Positions 29,645-40,738 of a stretch of 64,000 bases of DNA are shown here, piece by piece; the stretch's first letter is position 1; the number at the start of each line of letters is the position of its first letter. The notes under the pieces were generated by a model. That model saw nothing but the letters and a program-made list of their open reading frames with translations, searched no databases and was not told the origin of the DNA. The stretch is from Nitrospirota bacterium (GTDB lineage Bacteria; Nitrospirota; Nitrospiria; Nitrospirales; Nitrospiraceae). The stretch lies in contig CAVPBK010000009.1 of NCBI GenBank assembly GCA_963701855.1, forward strand, positions 384,001 through 448,000. Reading direction: 5' to 3'. The position numbers and the translations under genes were made by a program.

Positions 29645-31414
29645 ATGTTCATGAATAGATCGTTGCTATCTCACATGCACGGCCCTACCGCCCGGCCACA
29701 ATATTGTTCCATCGCTATCCTCATTGGTGCGCCACTGGTGTGGACTCTCACGATGGGTCTTTCTGCTCTCGCGGAAGACCCGTCGTTACGTTCAGAGGAG
29801 CACATCGCCGAACAAGCAGAAGCGGCCTGGGAGAGCGGTGCGATCACCCCTGCGCTCGCGATTCTTGACCAAGGGATTCAAGACTATCCTCACGCGCTCA
29901 CACTCCAGAGATTGCGCGCCGATATTCTCACCACATCCCGAGGCCCCCGAGAGGCGGTTGAGGCCTATGAGACGGTCCTCGCCAGTACACCAACCGCGTT
30001 GGATGTCCGATGGGCCAAGTGGAGCGTGTTGACTCGGTCGGGACAGGGGAAGGAATCCATCGCCGAGTTAAGACGCATCACAGAGATCGATGTAGGAAAT
30101 CCGTTGGTTCACCTGCGACTGGCGCAAGAACTCCGGAAACTCGATCGTCTTGAGGAGTCGCTCGAATCGTATAAGAAGGCCGTGGAACTCTTGCCGGATT
30201 TGCTCGCCTGGCGATTAGCGTTGGCCCGGGCTCGGTTTGACGTCCTGGATTATGAAGGCGCGGATAGTGATGTACACTACGTATTGAAAAAGATGCCTCC
30301 CGGTTCTCCGCTGGAACTTCCCGCCAAGAATCTGCTCGCACAAGTGAATGGAAACTCCATCGATCGAGGCCGACGCTTCGATCCCGTTCTGACCAAAGAA
30401 ATGACAGGGGCACAGCGCAAGGAATGGGCCTCCATTCGCGCAGAGGCATGGAGACTCTTCTCGATGGGCCGATATCAGGAGGCCGAGCCCATCTATCAAA
30501 GAATGCTGGCCCTTAATCCCAACGATGCTCTAGCCAATTATCAATTAGGGCTCACTCTCATGCAGCTAGGCCGATGCAAGGACGCACTGACCGTGTTTGG
30601 GAACTTGTCCAACCTTGATCCCAACGACGAGGACTACGCAGACACGGTGTATCGGATGGGTCAATGTTTCGTTGAGTTGGAACAATGGGAAGATGCCTTC
30701 GTACATTTCCAAACCCTCTATGATGCCGCCGTCGAATTTGAGGAAGACAACAAAAACGTTCGACTCCCGCCCGACACCCGTGTCATAGATAAGAAAAAAA
30801 TCGCACGATGGATCGAGAAGGTGCGTCCCCATGTTCCCGAATTGGCACAAGGAAGAGCCGATGAGGCTATGAACCGCGTCCCCCCGGATGATTCGTCTCC
30901 GGTCACAGTCTCTCCAGAGGAAGAGCTGTACGCAAGAGCGGCCGAGCAATTTAAGCCCCAGAACCCAATAGACCAGCGAGCGTCGCTCATGGGCAGAGAC
31001 GCCGACTTCAGTTGGTTTCGGTTTGTCATCCCGGCTAGCAAGATCGTGCGGGACGATTTCCCCACAGGCGCCCATGAATTTATTCCCTTGAACCCTGGGG
31101 ACACCTTTCCGACTACACAGGAAGAGATCTACTTGGTCTTTGGACTGGTGTCTGCCTCCTTTGATGCGGTGTCACTCACCGCCCGCTGTTTCTTGGAAAC
31201 ATCTGAGATGACCGGAGAGCAACCCGTCATGGCACAGGACCGTGTCATGACGACCATGAATGACCAGTCAGGCTATTTTATGTTAACCCCTCCAAGAACC
31301 GGATGGACCGCCGGCCTCTATCACTGTGGGTTGATCGCAGGAGAACGGACATCTGCCGATACCCTTGTGGACGAAGTCAGATTTCGTATCATTGCGCCAC
31401 CCCGGTCCTCCTAA
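29645..31414 (+). CDS. Exported tetratricopeptide-repeat protein
   Basis: Signal-like segment; multiple TPR units; beta-rich C-terminal domain. Confidence 0.8.
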   Translation: MFMNRSLLSHMHGPTARPQYCSIAILIGAPLVWTLTMGLSALAEDPSLRSEEHIAEQAEAAWESGAITPALAILDQGIQDYPHALTLQRLRADILTTSRGPREAVEAYETVLASTPTALDVRWAKWSVLTRSGQGKESIAELRRITEIDVGNPLVHLRLAQELRKLDRLEESLESYKKAVELLPDLLAWRLALARARFDVLDYEGADSDVHYVLKKMPPGSPLELPAKNLLAQVNGNSIDRGRRFDPVLTKEMTGAQRKEWASIRAEAWRLFSMGRYQEAEPIYQRMLALNPNDALANYQLGLTLMQLGRCKDALTVFGNLSNLDPNDEDYADTVYRMGQCFVELEQWEDAFVHFQTLYDAAVEFEEDNKNVRLPPDTRVIDKKKIARWIEKVRPHVPELAQGRADEAMNRVPPDDSSPVTVSPEEELYARAAEQFKPQNPIDQRASLMGRDADFSWFRFVIPASKIVRDDFPTGAHEFIPLNPGDTFPTTQEEIYLVFGLVSASFDAVSLTARCFLETSEMTGEQPVMAQDRVMTTMNDQSGYFMLTPPRTGWTAGLYHCGLIAGERTSADTLVDEVRFRIIAPPRSS

Positions 31415-31565
31415 CACACGCAGTTCAAAAGAATACGCACCTCGAGAAGCGTCCATCAGGAAGCGTTTCACTAATTAAGCGATTCAAGCGACAAGAATCT
31501 AACGTGCTGGACAGCTGGTGGAGGACAAACGACATGGCGATCGGAGGAGCGGTTCCTCACGATGC

Positions 31566-32123
31566 CTATAAAGGAAATGCCACCGACTTGGTAAACCAAA
31601 GCCGCTGGACGACACGAAATACCAAGACCGCCACACCAGACGGCAGCCAGATCCATAGTGCTTCGCTGGCTAGGATCCGAACACCATATTCGCTGAAAAA
31701 TTCGCTGACGCCGATTGGAGACACAAGGACCGGTCGCACAGGGAAAAAATACCTCGTCGTTTCAAATGGAGCGAAAAACCCCACGCCCAACCCCCCATTT
31801 GTGATTGAATCGAGTACGCCATGTGACGCGGTACAGAAAAAGAAATAGAGAAAGAGTCCCGTCATCGCTACCGTTCCCTTGCCTCGATACCACACCGCAA
31901 CAATACTCCCGGCTAACAGCGCCGCAAACACGACCGAGTGCGTCAGCCCACGATGGCCCCACAGATCACCGTACTGGATGCCAAAGTAAAACCCGATCAC
32001 ATCCAGATCCGGCACGACCGAACAGAGCGCACCCAAGACCAGCTCACGCCAACTCAGTTCCTTGCTCTCAAAGGCCTTCCCCATCGCCAGCGCCACAATG
32101 GCATGGGAAAATGCAGACGCCAT
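31566..32123 (-). CDS. YdjM/YbcI-like membrane metal-dependent hydrolase
   Basis: FSH, VPDLD, HRGLTHS, SHGVLD..T.GG.G and RYFFP motifs. Confidence 0.9.
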   Translation of the reverse strand: MASAFSHAIVALAMGKAFESKELSWRELVLGALCSVVPDLDVIGFYFGIQYGDLWGHRGLTHSVVFAALLAGSIVAVWYRGKGTVAMTGLFLYFFFCTASHGVLDSITNGGLGVGFFAPFETTRYFFPVRPVLVSPIGVSEFFSEYGVRILASEALWIWLPSGVAVLVFRVVQRLWFTKSVAFPL

Positions 32124-32394
32124 TCGACACCTCTTACTGCGATTCTGGAACCGTGAGACCCTACGCCTGGAAAGCCGGCGCGTCAAGAACAGGGTGATGG
32201 AGAGGGAGGAACGGGTGAGAGCAAGAGAGCAGAGACTGTGGTTTATAGGTGATGGCTCGGATAGACCACTGTCTGTCTGGAACAGGCATTAGCCATGGTT
32301 TCAAAAACTCCATCTCTGACTCCTGACATTTGCGATACGCGCATCGCTGCATGCGCGAGGCGAACAACGTTCACCAAAAACGAGAACCGGACAC

Positions 32395-32775
32395 CTAACT
32401 TCCAAGATTGAGCAATGCGGGAGATGCGCGTTTACCAGAACGGGTCTTCAGCAGTTGAATAAGCTCAATTCGCAGCGTGCGATTCAGACGTTGCCGTGCC
32501 TCAAGCGGCAGGCGAAGAAACTCTACCCCGAACTGATTGCCCTGGACCCATTTGATCGTGCCGAGGTCAATAGACAGCGCCGGCGTCTGATTGGGGAGCA
32601 GAACACTCACGCGCACGTCACTGCCGCAAAGAACCTCGCGATCGCACATGACGGAGCAACCCATCAGCGATAGGTTGCTCAAGGTACCTTCGCCGACAAA
32701 TGGAGCTCCACCGAAGATGACAGGACAGAAAAGCGGGAATCGATGATAGGTTCGAGAATAACGAAGTGGCGCCAT
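32395..32775 (-). CDS. PilZ-domain protein
   Basis: RTYHR (RxxxR) and NLSLMG (NxSxxG) c-di-GMP motifs; FGVEF. Confidence 0.88.
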   Translation of the reverse strand: MAPLRYSRTYHRFPLFCPVIFGGAPFVGEGTLSNLSLMGCSVMCDREVLCGSDVRVSVLLPNQTPALSIDLGTIKWVQGNQFGVEFLRLPLEARQRLNRTLRIELIQLLKTRSGKRASPALLNLGS

Positions 32776-33095
32776 CACAGCCTCCGTGACGCAGGATTGT
32801 ACCGAGGGAGGCACTGTGAACGGTATCCTACCTTAGGAGGGGAAGTCCTAACCGGTTGCTTTTGTTTGGTTGAACCAGAGAGACCACAAACGACGAGAAT
32901 CGGACGCGAGTGACCTGAGGCATTCGAACAGTAGAGTATTCCCCTTTATCCACACCGTATGCAGCTTAGGACTCCTCTATCCTACATGAATCATGCGGGT
33001 GAACTATCCCATAAATAATAATTCTCTTTCGATGGACCAAGTCATGTCCTACACTGACTATGCAAGAAGGACATCGTGTCATCAGAGGAGCGCCC

Positions 33096-34187
33096 ATGAC
33101 GAGCCAAGAGAAGCAAGCCCATACCATAAAAGTATTGGTCATTTTCGTCTTGAGCCTCTGGTTTTTCGTGTCGGCAGAGTCTCTTGGCATCTTAGAGGCC
33201 GCTATTGGAAAGGACGAACCTCCGACATTTGTGGCCTGGCCTGAGAAGGGGTTAGGGCTTTCGATCGACTTAGCCGGTTTCAAAAAAGACATCGACCAGG
33301 TCAAACCGGACGGTCGCCGCTATCTCACCGCCTCACATCCCAAGACTGGACTCAACGTGGCAGTCACCCTTGAGAAAGTACCGACCCAGGTTTCAGCACA
33401 AGGATGCAGGGAACAACTCCAACTGATACGGAACGGCCCGTTAGTCACCCATGGGCAAGACATCAAACTCAACGCCGCCGGTAAAACACCGACTCTTGAA
33501 TATACCCTGCGCAAGTTCCGGGGAGTCCGGCTGGATCAGAAAAATATGTATGCCTGCATGGCACAAGACAACGTCTACGCCGACATCCAACTTTCGAAGA
33601 TGCACTACACCGCAGCCGATGCGCCACTCTTTCAATCAATTCTCGAAACCGCCCGCTTGCAGCCAGAACCCTCACAGATCATACAGTCCCAGCTGCCAAC
33701 ACTGCCAAAGATCATACAGCCCCAGCCACCAGCACCGCCCAACAGCAGGGAATTACTCGATATAGGAACCGCACTCTACCGGCAGAACAACTACGCCCAA
33801 GCCATTCCACCCTATCAAAAAGCATTCGATCTTGAAAAAGTAGAGCCGCAACTCGACCGGAATCTTTGGCGCGTCCTAATCGACAATTTAGGCATGGCCT
33901 ATGAAATGACCGGCCGCCTCAAGGAAGCAAAAGCCACGTTTCAACAGGGAATACAAGCCGACCCCACCTATCCGATGTTCCACTATAATCTGGCCTGCAC
34001 GTTTGCAGAAATGAACGACCTCGATCATGCCATGCAGTCGCTCACCATAGCGTTTCGCCATCGCAAGAATCAGAATCCTGCCGACAAGGGAATGCCCGAC
34101 CCACGCCAGAACTCATCCTTTCAGCGCTTCATGAAGAATGAGACCTTCCGTAACCTGGTCAACGATCTAACCCCATCAAAGAGCTAG
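33096..34187 (+). CDS. Exported protein with C-terminal TPR domain
   Basis: GAGGAG RBS; signal peptide; NLGMAY, YNLAC and DPRQNSSF motifs. Confidence 0.8.
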   Translation: MTSQEKQAHTIKVLVIFVLSLWFFVSAESLGILEAAIGKDEPPTFVAWPEKGLGLSIDLAGFKKDIDQVKPDGRRYLTASHPKTGLNVAVTLEKVPTQVSAQGCREQLQLIRNGPLVTHGQDIKLNAAGKTPTLEYTLRKFRGVRLDQKNMYACMAQDNVYADIQLSKMHYTAADAPLFQSILETARLQPEPSQIIQSQLPTLPKIIQPQPPAPPNSRELLDIGTALYRQNNYAQAIPPYQKAFDLEKVEPQLDRNLWRVLIDNLGMAYEMTGRLKEAKATFQQGIQADPTYPMFHYNLACTFAEMNDLDHAMQSLTIAFRHRKNQNPADKGMPDPRQNSSFQRFMKNETFRNLVNDLTPSKS

Positions 34188-34415
34188 CCCACTGATTCAT
34201 GAACGTGTCTGCTGCAATCTCAGATTCGCCGCTAGATTCTCCATCACTCGTCGTTTGTGAAGCGTATCTCGAATAGGCCGCCTCCCGTGAAGCATCCATC
34301 GTGACACGTTTTTGGGATTTAACGAGAGACGGACGAAGAGATCCGAGCGACAAAGACCGGACGCGGTGGGAGACCGGCCGGCTAAGCCTTAAGATCTGGC
34401 AAGTCCCTGCTTCGA

Positions 34416-34916
34416 TCAGGCAACTGAGTCATGTCTTGGGAGCTTTGTCCCTGCTCGGAAGGTATGCCGCTTCAATTGACTGATGAGATAGAGCACAATG
34501 ACCAGATTCAACAGCAGCAAGCCGACCCGAAGCATCGATACCCGTTCAATGACCTCGTAGAGTTCGAACGGAAGCAGCAGGCTCGTCGAGACCACCGTCA
34601 GATACGCAGCCCAGGTGAGCTCCAGCCACAATCCGATGCCCTCCACCAACAACATCCCCGCATAGCCCAAACTGACGAGCCCCGCCAGCAGCACACTTTG
34701 AGACTGAAGCGCATCCACCTTCAGAACTAGCGCATGAATGAGGCGAGAGTCGGCATTCAAATGCAGCGCTTCGATCAAAAGCGAGAACAGCGTGGCAATC
34801 TCAGCATGCATTAATTTGAGGAGGCCCAACCCGAGGACGAGTAAGAGCAGCCCCTTCACCACCTTGAACACCGCAATTACGGCCAGGCCTGGATGGTGTG
34901 CGCGTGCCGTCATCAA
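34416..34916 (-). CDS. DUF2127 membrane protein
   Basis: IAVFKVVKG, EGIGLW, WAAYLTVV and LPFELYE motifs. Confidence 0.85.
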   Translation of the reverse strand: MMTARAHHPGLAVIAVFKVVKGLLLLVLGLGLLKLMHAEIATLFSLLIEALHLNADSRLIHALVLKVDALQSQSVLLAGLVSLGYAGMLLVEGIGLWLELTWAAYLTVVSTSLLLPFELYEVIERVSMLRVGLLLLNLVIVLYLISQLKRHTFRAGTKLPRHDSVA

Positions 34917-35032
34917 TTCGACAGACTATCACAAAGGACAAGGTGCGGACACCGTAGACAGGCGGGGCTCAGGAAACGGACAGGTTGGATCGTAGCGGCC
35001 GTTCGGGCGGTTCGGTCACAACCGTAGCGGCT

Positions 35033-38000
35033 TCACACACGAAGCTGCTCAAGAAGGGCTCTTGCCTCTATCAATTCACGATTGTCGACGCCTTCATGAA
35101 ACTTGACGCACACAGCATTCAACGTCCGTATGGCCTCATCGACCTTATGGCGTGTCTTCCAGAATCTCGCTAGGCTCATGGCCGTTCGAAGCTCCAGCAT
35201 AGTTGCATGCTGATCCTGCGCAATCCTCAGAGCGTCGCACAAACATTGTTCTGCCGCATGGACTGATTCGTCGGATTGATCGGATTGCCCGAGCAGCAGT
35301 TCGCCTTTCAGTCGCAGCAGTTCAGCTTGCCAAAACAGTTCTCCCCCAGGTACGGCGAGCTTCCGCGCTTCCTCAATAGCACTCAAGCCTTCGTCAATGC
35401 GGTTCTTTCGTAAATAGAGTTCTGCAAGCAACGCCAATGACAATGTGTTGTTGATATTTGCACCTGTGACCCGAGTAGCGGAAAGGCCGTTGATTAACAT
35501 GCCGAGACCATCCTCTCGCCCCAGTTCGGCCAACGCCCAACCGTGAAAGGTCGTCGACCATGCCAACCCCAATTCAAATCCGTATTGTGTGGAAAGCGCA
35601 ATGGCTTCGCTAGTGAGATCCAGCGTTCTCTGTGCATTGCGAATAGTGGAATAGAGCCAGGAAAGCAGACATAACGTATACACCCGATTGAATGGGTGTT
35701 CCAACTCCCTCGCCCTACCGATGGCCTCAAGCGCCAGCGGTTCAACTTGCTCAACCTCACCTAGAAACCATAATGTCCTGGCCAGATGAAGCCTCGCGGC
35801 TATGCCGGGATCTTGGCCATAGAGAAAGGCATGTGAACGGTGTTGAGTCGGATCATAAAGAGATGTCGTAGTGAGCAGGTGGGTTTTTGCTTCATTGAAC
35901 AGGCCAAGGGGTAAATAGGTCGTACCTAAACTCCGGTGAGCTTCAATCAGTAGGTCCGAGCTTTGTTCGCGGACAGCCAGAGCGAGGAGATGTTCGGCTA
36001 GGTCGCGAGCCGTGGCGAGTTGCCCTCTGACCAGATGGAATACCCATAACCCCCAATTGGCACGAAACTCATGGATACAATCGACGATCCCCCGTGACAA
36101 ATCCTTCGCCCGGCTATAATTGTGTTCCATATCGTCGGATGCATAGCCTTTGACCGACAGCAGAGGGGCTCCGCGTGCGATGAGCAACTCCAACTCCATG
36201 GCATCGCGCTCCCGGCCTTGCGGCAGATCCTTGAGCACGTCGAGCGCCCGATTAAAGTGGTGGAGCGCTTCGATAGTGGCTGATCGTTCCGCATCTCTCC
36301 GGGCCGCACGAAACCAATATTCAACCGCGGGCCCTGCGAGCCCTGCCTGTTCATAATGAAATGCCAGGAGTTCCGGTTCCCGTGTGACACGCTCGGCAAA
36401 ACGACTCTCCAATGCCTTGGCGATTCGAGCATGGAGTAATCGGCGAGGCTTCTTGGGGAGTGTACTGTAGGCCGCCTCTTGGACGAGCGCATGCTTGAAG
36501 TGGTAGGTCGCATTCGGGATCTCACCCTCTTGAAAGATCAGCCCGGACGCGACGAACACGTCGAGGGCATGCTTCAACTGGTTGTCTGTCGCGTCGACCG
36601 TTGCCTGCAGCAATTCGTAGGTAAACTCCCGTCCTATCGCAGCTCCGGTTTGGACAATGTCTTTGGCCGGTCCCAATCGGTCCACCCGTTCCATGAGCAA
36701 CGCGTGCAGACTGTCCGGAATAGGCAGTTCCTGTAATGGACCCTTCAACGTAAACGCATGGCTCCCCTCAGCCAGCAGTCCGGATTCAACCACATTTTCC
36801 GTCAGCGCTTCGATATAGAGAGGCACGCCGTCGGTTTTCGCCAAAATCGCCTGCTGCACTTCGGGAGGCAGCACCTTTCCTCCTGTCAGCGCCGCCACGA
36901 GTTCGGCGCTCTGTCGACGTGGAAGACGGCTAAGCGTCAGGAACGTCACGTGACTATAGTCCGCCCACACCGGCTTGAAGTCGGGACGAAAAGCGATCAC
37001 CAACAACACGCGCATCTGCCGGATGCGGTCAATGATGCGTGTCATGAGGTCCTGCGTGGTGGGATCGAGCCAATGGGCATCTTCCACGATAAACAACAGG
37101 GGGGAACGATCGGCCAGTCCTTGTAGATGACGCACGACGGCTTCCAACGTCATATTTTTGCGTTTTTCAGCCGACACATTGAGCGGCGGGTATCGGTGAT
37201 CTCCCGGGATCGAGAGCAGATCCTCCAGCAAAGAAATGGCTTCCTCGTTATCGATGCCGCTCTCGCTCGCCATGACGTCGAGCTTCCGCCGTTGCACCTC
37301 GGCACTGTCCTGACTCGTGAGTCCTGCGATCTCCCGCAGAAAGTTGATCGCGGGATAGAGCGCAGTATTGGTATGGTAGGGCGAACATTGAAATTGCACC
37401 CTCTGATACTGCTCATTGGAGAGACGGTCACAGAAACGACGGATCATTCTCGACTTTCCAATACCGGCCTCACCACAAAGAAGCACCACCTGCCCTTCGC
37501 CGCCGATCGTTTCACGCCAGCGACCCAAGAGGAGAGCGACCTCATCTTCTCTGCCGACGAAATTGGTGAGTTGAATGGCTTGATAGGATTCAAACCGGCT
37601 GGTCGACGACTTACTGCTCAGCACCTGCCAGGCTTGGACTGAACTGTCGAATCCCTTCAGAGAAAAGGCGCCAAGATCCACGACATCGAACGCATTGCCG
37701 ACATGACGTTTCGTCACCGGGTCGATGATCAGCTGATTGGGTTGTGCCAGGGCCTGAAGGCGGGCGGCAAGATTCGGGGTTTCGCCGAATACCGACCGTT
37801 CCTTGGCGGTGTCCTGCCCCATGACTTCACCGACAACGACCGGACCGGTCGCAATTCCAATACGTGCAGCAATACCAAACTCCGGATGGGGATTTTCTTG
37901 AGTGAGTCTCTTCACCGTATCCAGAATAGCCAATCCGGCATAGACGGCTCGTTCCGCATCGGTTTCGTACGCATGGGGATATCCAAAATAGACCAACATC

Positions 38001-38437
38001 CCGTCACCCATGTACTTGGCGATGTAGCCGTTGAACCGGCCGACCGCTTGGGTGCAGCCGTCTAAAAAACGTCGGATAATATCCTGGAGGTCTTCAGGGT
38101 CCACACGGCGAGACAGAACGGTCGAATCCACCAGATCACAAAACATCACCGTCAACTGACGACGTTCGGCTTGATCTCGTTCGGGAGGGGATGGTGACGG
38201 GCTCGGACTGACGGCGCTGGGGAGAGATCCCGGGCCCACCACGTCAGCGCGCGATGGCAATTGCGCAATCGCGCGCAAGAGAATTTTCCGATGTCCCAGT
38301 AACACACCCAGCGATTCCAGGTCGCCCTGATTCAGCTCGGGGAGGATATCCCACGTAATCGCATTTTTTTCAAATGCCTCACGGTAGCTCCCGAGACCCA
38401 GATTCTCCAGCCACGCTGAGAGACGATCAGGCATCAT
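35033..38437 (-). CDS. SAM + class III nucleotide cyclase + STAND/AAA NTPase + TPR protein
   Basis: WLENLGLGSY (SAM); FCDLVDST, KYMGDG and TPNLAARL (cyclase); FVGR, GEAGIGKS and EDAHW (NTPase); FKHAL; helical repeats. Confidence 0.92.
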   Translation of the reverse strand: MMPDRLSAWLENLGLGSYREAFEKNAITWDILPELNQGDLESLGVLLGHRKILLRAIAQLPSRADVVGPGSLPSAVSPSPSPSPPERDQAERRQLTVMFCDLVDSTVLSRRVDPEDLQDIIRRFLDGCTQAVGRFNGYIAKYMGDGMLVYFGYPHAYETDAERAVYAGLAILDTVKRLTQENPHPEFGIAARIGIATGPVVVGEVMGQDTAKERSVFGETPNLAARLQALAQPNQLIIDPVTKRHVGNAFDVVDLGAFSLKGFDSSVQAWQVLSSKSSTSRFESYQAIQLTNFVGREDEVALLLGRWRETIGGEGQVVLLCGEAGIGKSRMIRRFCDRLSNEQYQRVQFQCSPYHTNTALYPAINFLREIAGLTSQDSAEVQRRKLDVMASESGIDNEEAISLLEDLLSIPGDHRYPPLNVSAEKRKNMTLEAVVRHLQGLADRSPLLFIVEDAHWLDPTTQDLMTRIIDRIRQMRVLLVIAFRPDFKPVWADYSHVTFLTLSRLPRRQSAELVAALTGGKVLPPEVQQAILAKTDGVPLYIEALTENVVESGLLAEGSHAFTLKGPLQELPIPDSLHALLMERVDRLGPAKDIVQTGAAIGREFTYELLQATVDATDNQLKHALDVFVASGLIFQEGEIPNATYHFKHALVQEAAYSTLPKKPRRLLHARIAKALESRFAERVTREPELLAFHYEQAGLAGPAVEYWFRAARRDAERSATIEALHHFNRALDVLKDLPQGRERDAMELELLIARGAPLLSVKGYASDDMEHNYSRAKDLSRGIVDCIHEFRANWGLWVFHLVRGQLATARDLAEHLLALAVREQSSDLLIEAHRSLGTTYLPLGLFNEAKTHLLTTTSLYDPTQHRSHAFLYGQDPGIAARLHLARTLWFLGEVEQVEPLALEAIGRARELEHPFNRVYTLCLLSWLYSTIRNAQRTLDLTSEAIALSTQYGFELGLAWSTTFHGWALAELGREDGLGMLINGLSATRVTGANINNTLSLALLAELYLRKNRIDEGLSAIEEARKLAVPGGELFWQAELLRLKGELLLGQSDQSDESVHAAEQCLCDALRIAQDQHATMLELRTAMSLARFWKTRHKVDEAIRTLNAVCVKFHEGVDNRELIEARALLEQLRV

Positions 38438-38491
38438 GAGTCACATCGTGATTGGACATTTCTGCCTCAGTTGGGATACGGTCGTTCACCT

Positions 38492-38647
38492 ATGAAGAAC
38501 AGCGCGTCTACGGACACAATCGATACAAGGCCTGCCAAGCGGCACGTCGAGCGCTGGCTGGTTGGCATGGCAATGACCGTCCTGGCCTATTTGATGGAAA
38601 AAGCCATGTTGCGTTCGATCAAGCGCAGCGGCACGAAATCTTCGTAA
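38492..38647 (+). CDS. Small (51 aa) putative membrane peptide
   Basis: Hand translation MKNSASTDTIDTRPAKRHVERWLVGMAMTVLAYLMEKAMLRSIKRSGTKSS; one hydrophobic stretch and a basic tail; no clear RBS. Confidence 0.4.
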   Translation: MKNSASTDTIDTRPAKRHVERWLVGMAMTVLAYLMEKAMLRSIKRSGTKSS

Positions 38648-38681
38648 CGGAATCGACCTGCCTCATCACCCACTCTCATCT

Positions 38682-39752
38682 TCACCGCCCTCGCAGCAGA
38701 TCGATCACCAGGCCGATGGTCAAGAGACCGGCCACGATCCCGAACGTGATCGGAGCCCAATCCGCAACTCCCGCCGCCGTGACCGTGAGTCCGCCGGCCA
38801 AAATACTCGCCGCAGCGGTCAGACCGAGCACGAGACGCCGTCCCGTGCGGTGGACCATATCCTCAGGGTATTCGCCCGGAAATTCACCACAAGCTTTTCA
38901 CCGGAGCGAGCCCCGACGAGGGTTTCGACCGCTTCGATGACGCGCACGGTACACCCAATTCCTGCTCCGAGACCCGGACAACCTCACTCTCGGGCATCGG
39001 CGGCACGCGGCTCTGCAACAGGGCCAGTTCTTCAATGTACTCGACCGGAAAGAGATCCGGTCTGGTCGACAACACTTGGCCACATTTCGAAAATGTCGGA
39101 CCCAATTCCTCCAGGGCTTCTCGGAGACGCTTAGCCTGTCGGCGGCGGATGGTCACGTCCCGTTCGCCGGATTGACCGAACAGTTCTTTGAGACCGTGCT
39201 TCGCCATCACACTGGCGATCCTCGCCGCTCGAGCCAGCAGCCGGGGCTCAAGAGGCGGGACTTCAACTTTCAACAGATGAACGTCCTGGCCGGAGCCCAA
39301 TGCAGTCTGACCGCCAGACGGGAAGGTGTTCACGATGATCACAGTGCAGCGGGCATTGTGACTGATGCGGTTCGGTACGTTGCCGAGCAAAAGCTCCTTC
39401 CGTCCCGCCATGCCGGAATTACCGACCACGAGAACATCGACAGCTTCCTGCTCGACGGCGCGGACGATCGCGGAAGCCGGATCGGCATCCATCACGACTA
39501 AGGCACGGCCACGCTCCCCGGCGACCTGCCGCACTTAGACCGCCAGCTCATCGTCAGCGGCAGCAGAGCGTGTCCGTTCGGCTGCGCTGAATTTTGTGGC
39601 AGCCGGATAGTGCGGAACCTGCACCTGTACCACGAACAGCTCTGCGTTAGCCGGCGAATCGGCAGCCAGCGGACGGAGCGGTCGGCGCTTTCAGAACGGT
39701 CGGTGCCAACCATCACACGCCGTATGGCGCTATTTTCAGCAAGACCCGTCAT
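38682..39752 (-). pseudogene. Universal-stress-protein / ABC1 (AarF/UbiB) kinase fusion, disrupted
   Basis: USP motifs VMVGTDRS and LVVGNSGM...[23 protein letters not shown]1 start [20 protein letters not shown]; kinase core missing; frameshifts and a stop; C-terminal TM pair retained. Confidence 0.85.
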
Positions 39753-40148
39753 ACACTTCGATCGCCCTTTATGAAGATCTGCATCGGTATCGACAAAGTC
39801 ACGTTGTCCCGTAACCCGTCTCAGAAATTCCGTTCATTACCCCAATACTAAACCGTTGAAGTATACGCCTCACCTCACAGAAAGGACACTTGCCGGCGGC
39901 CACACCCGCGCGAGGCCTGTATCGAAAAGCTCTAATTCCATGACGACGCTGATGGCAATACCTGCTCGATGCCCGCTACGGTCACGAGAGAGGAACGACG
40001 ATTCACAAACCAATGAGGATCACACCGGAGGGCCGCTGGCAGGACTGAAACAACCTGGTTGAGATCATCTAGATATTGCTACAAGGCCGGACCCTCAAAT
40101 CTTGTCCATGTGTGGAACTGACAATTGCACGCCGGGTTGTGGAAACCC

Positions 40149-40535
40149 TTACTTCTCGATCTCGAACCCGTCGCTTTTCCACCAGCGCCAGCCTCCGTCC
40201 AACTCCATCACCGGGTAGCCCTTCTTCGTAAATTCCACTGCCGCCGATGCCGCAAGATGACACACGTGTGAATAACAATAGAGGACATTGATCTTATCCT
40301 TGCGTAGGATGGCTTTGAGCTGCTTGGCGTTACCCCATTGGTCTTTCGGCAAATTGGCCGCTGCCGGGATATGGCCCTCGGCATAATCTTCTGCGGCCCG
40401 CACGTCTACGACATTCACAGGTTGGCCCTGCTTCATCCACCGCTCCAACTCAACAGGACCGGTCGTGAAGGACAGCTTGTCCCGAAAGTACTTTTTGGCT
40501 TTCGCTGCGCTGGGAATCTTCATCTTTGCGGCCAT
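40149..40535 (-). CDS. Rhodanese-like domain protein
   Basis: VVDVR, YAEGHIP, YCYSHVC and LDGGW motifs. Confidence 0.9.
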   Translation of the reverse strand: MAAKMKIPSAAKAKKYFRDKLSFTTGPVELERWMKQGQPVNVVDVRAAEDYAEGHIPAAANLPKDQWGNAKQLKAILRKDKINVLYCYSHVCHLAASAAVEFTKKGYPVMELDGGWRWWKSDGFEIEK

Positions 40536-40738
40536 GCTCTTCCTCCTCTATGTTTCAACACAATGTCGCTCACCCTTCGAAGCTGTATCTTCACCCAACC
40601 GCTTGCTCCATCCTCTTTTGTCCCACACACCGGGGTACCCTGTCGACGGCCACAAACGGGTGACCTCTCCGGTCGACACGGTTGCGCCATCATCCATGTC
40701 GACCGGTGAAAAGCCGGTTCTCTGCTCACATCAACCCG

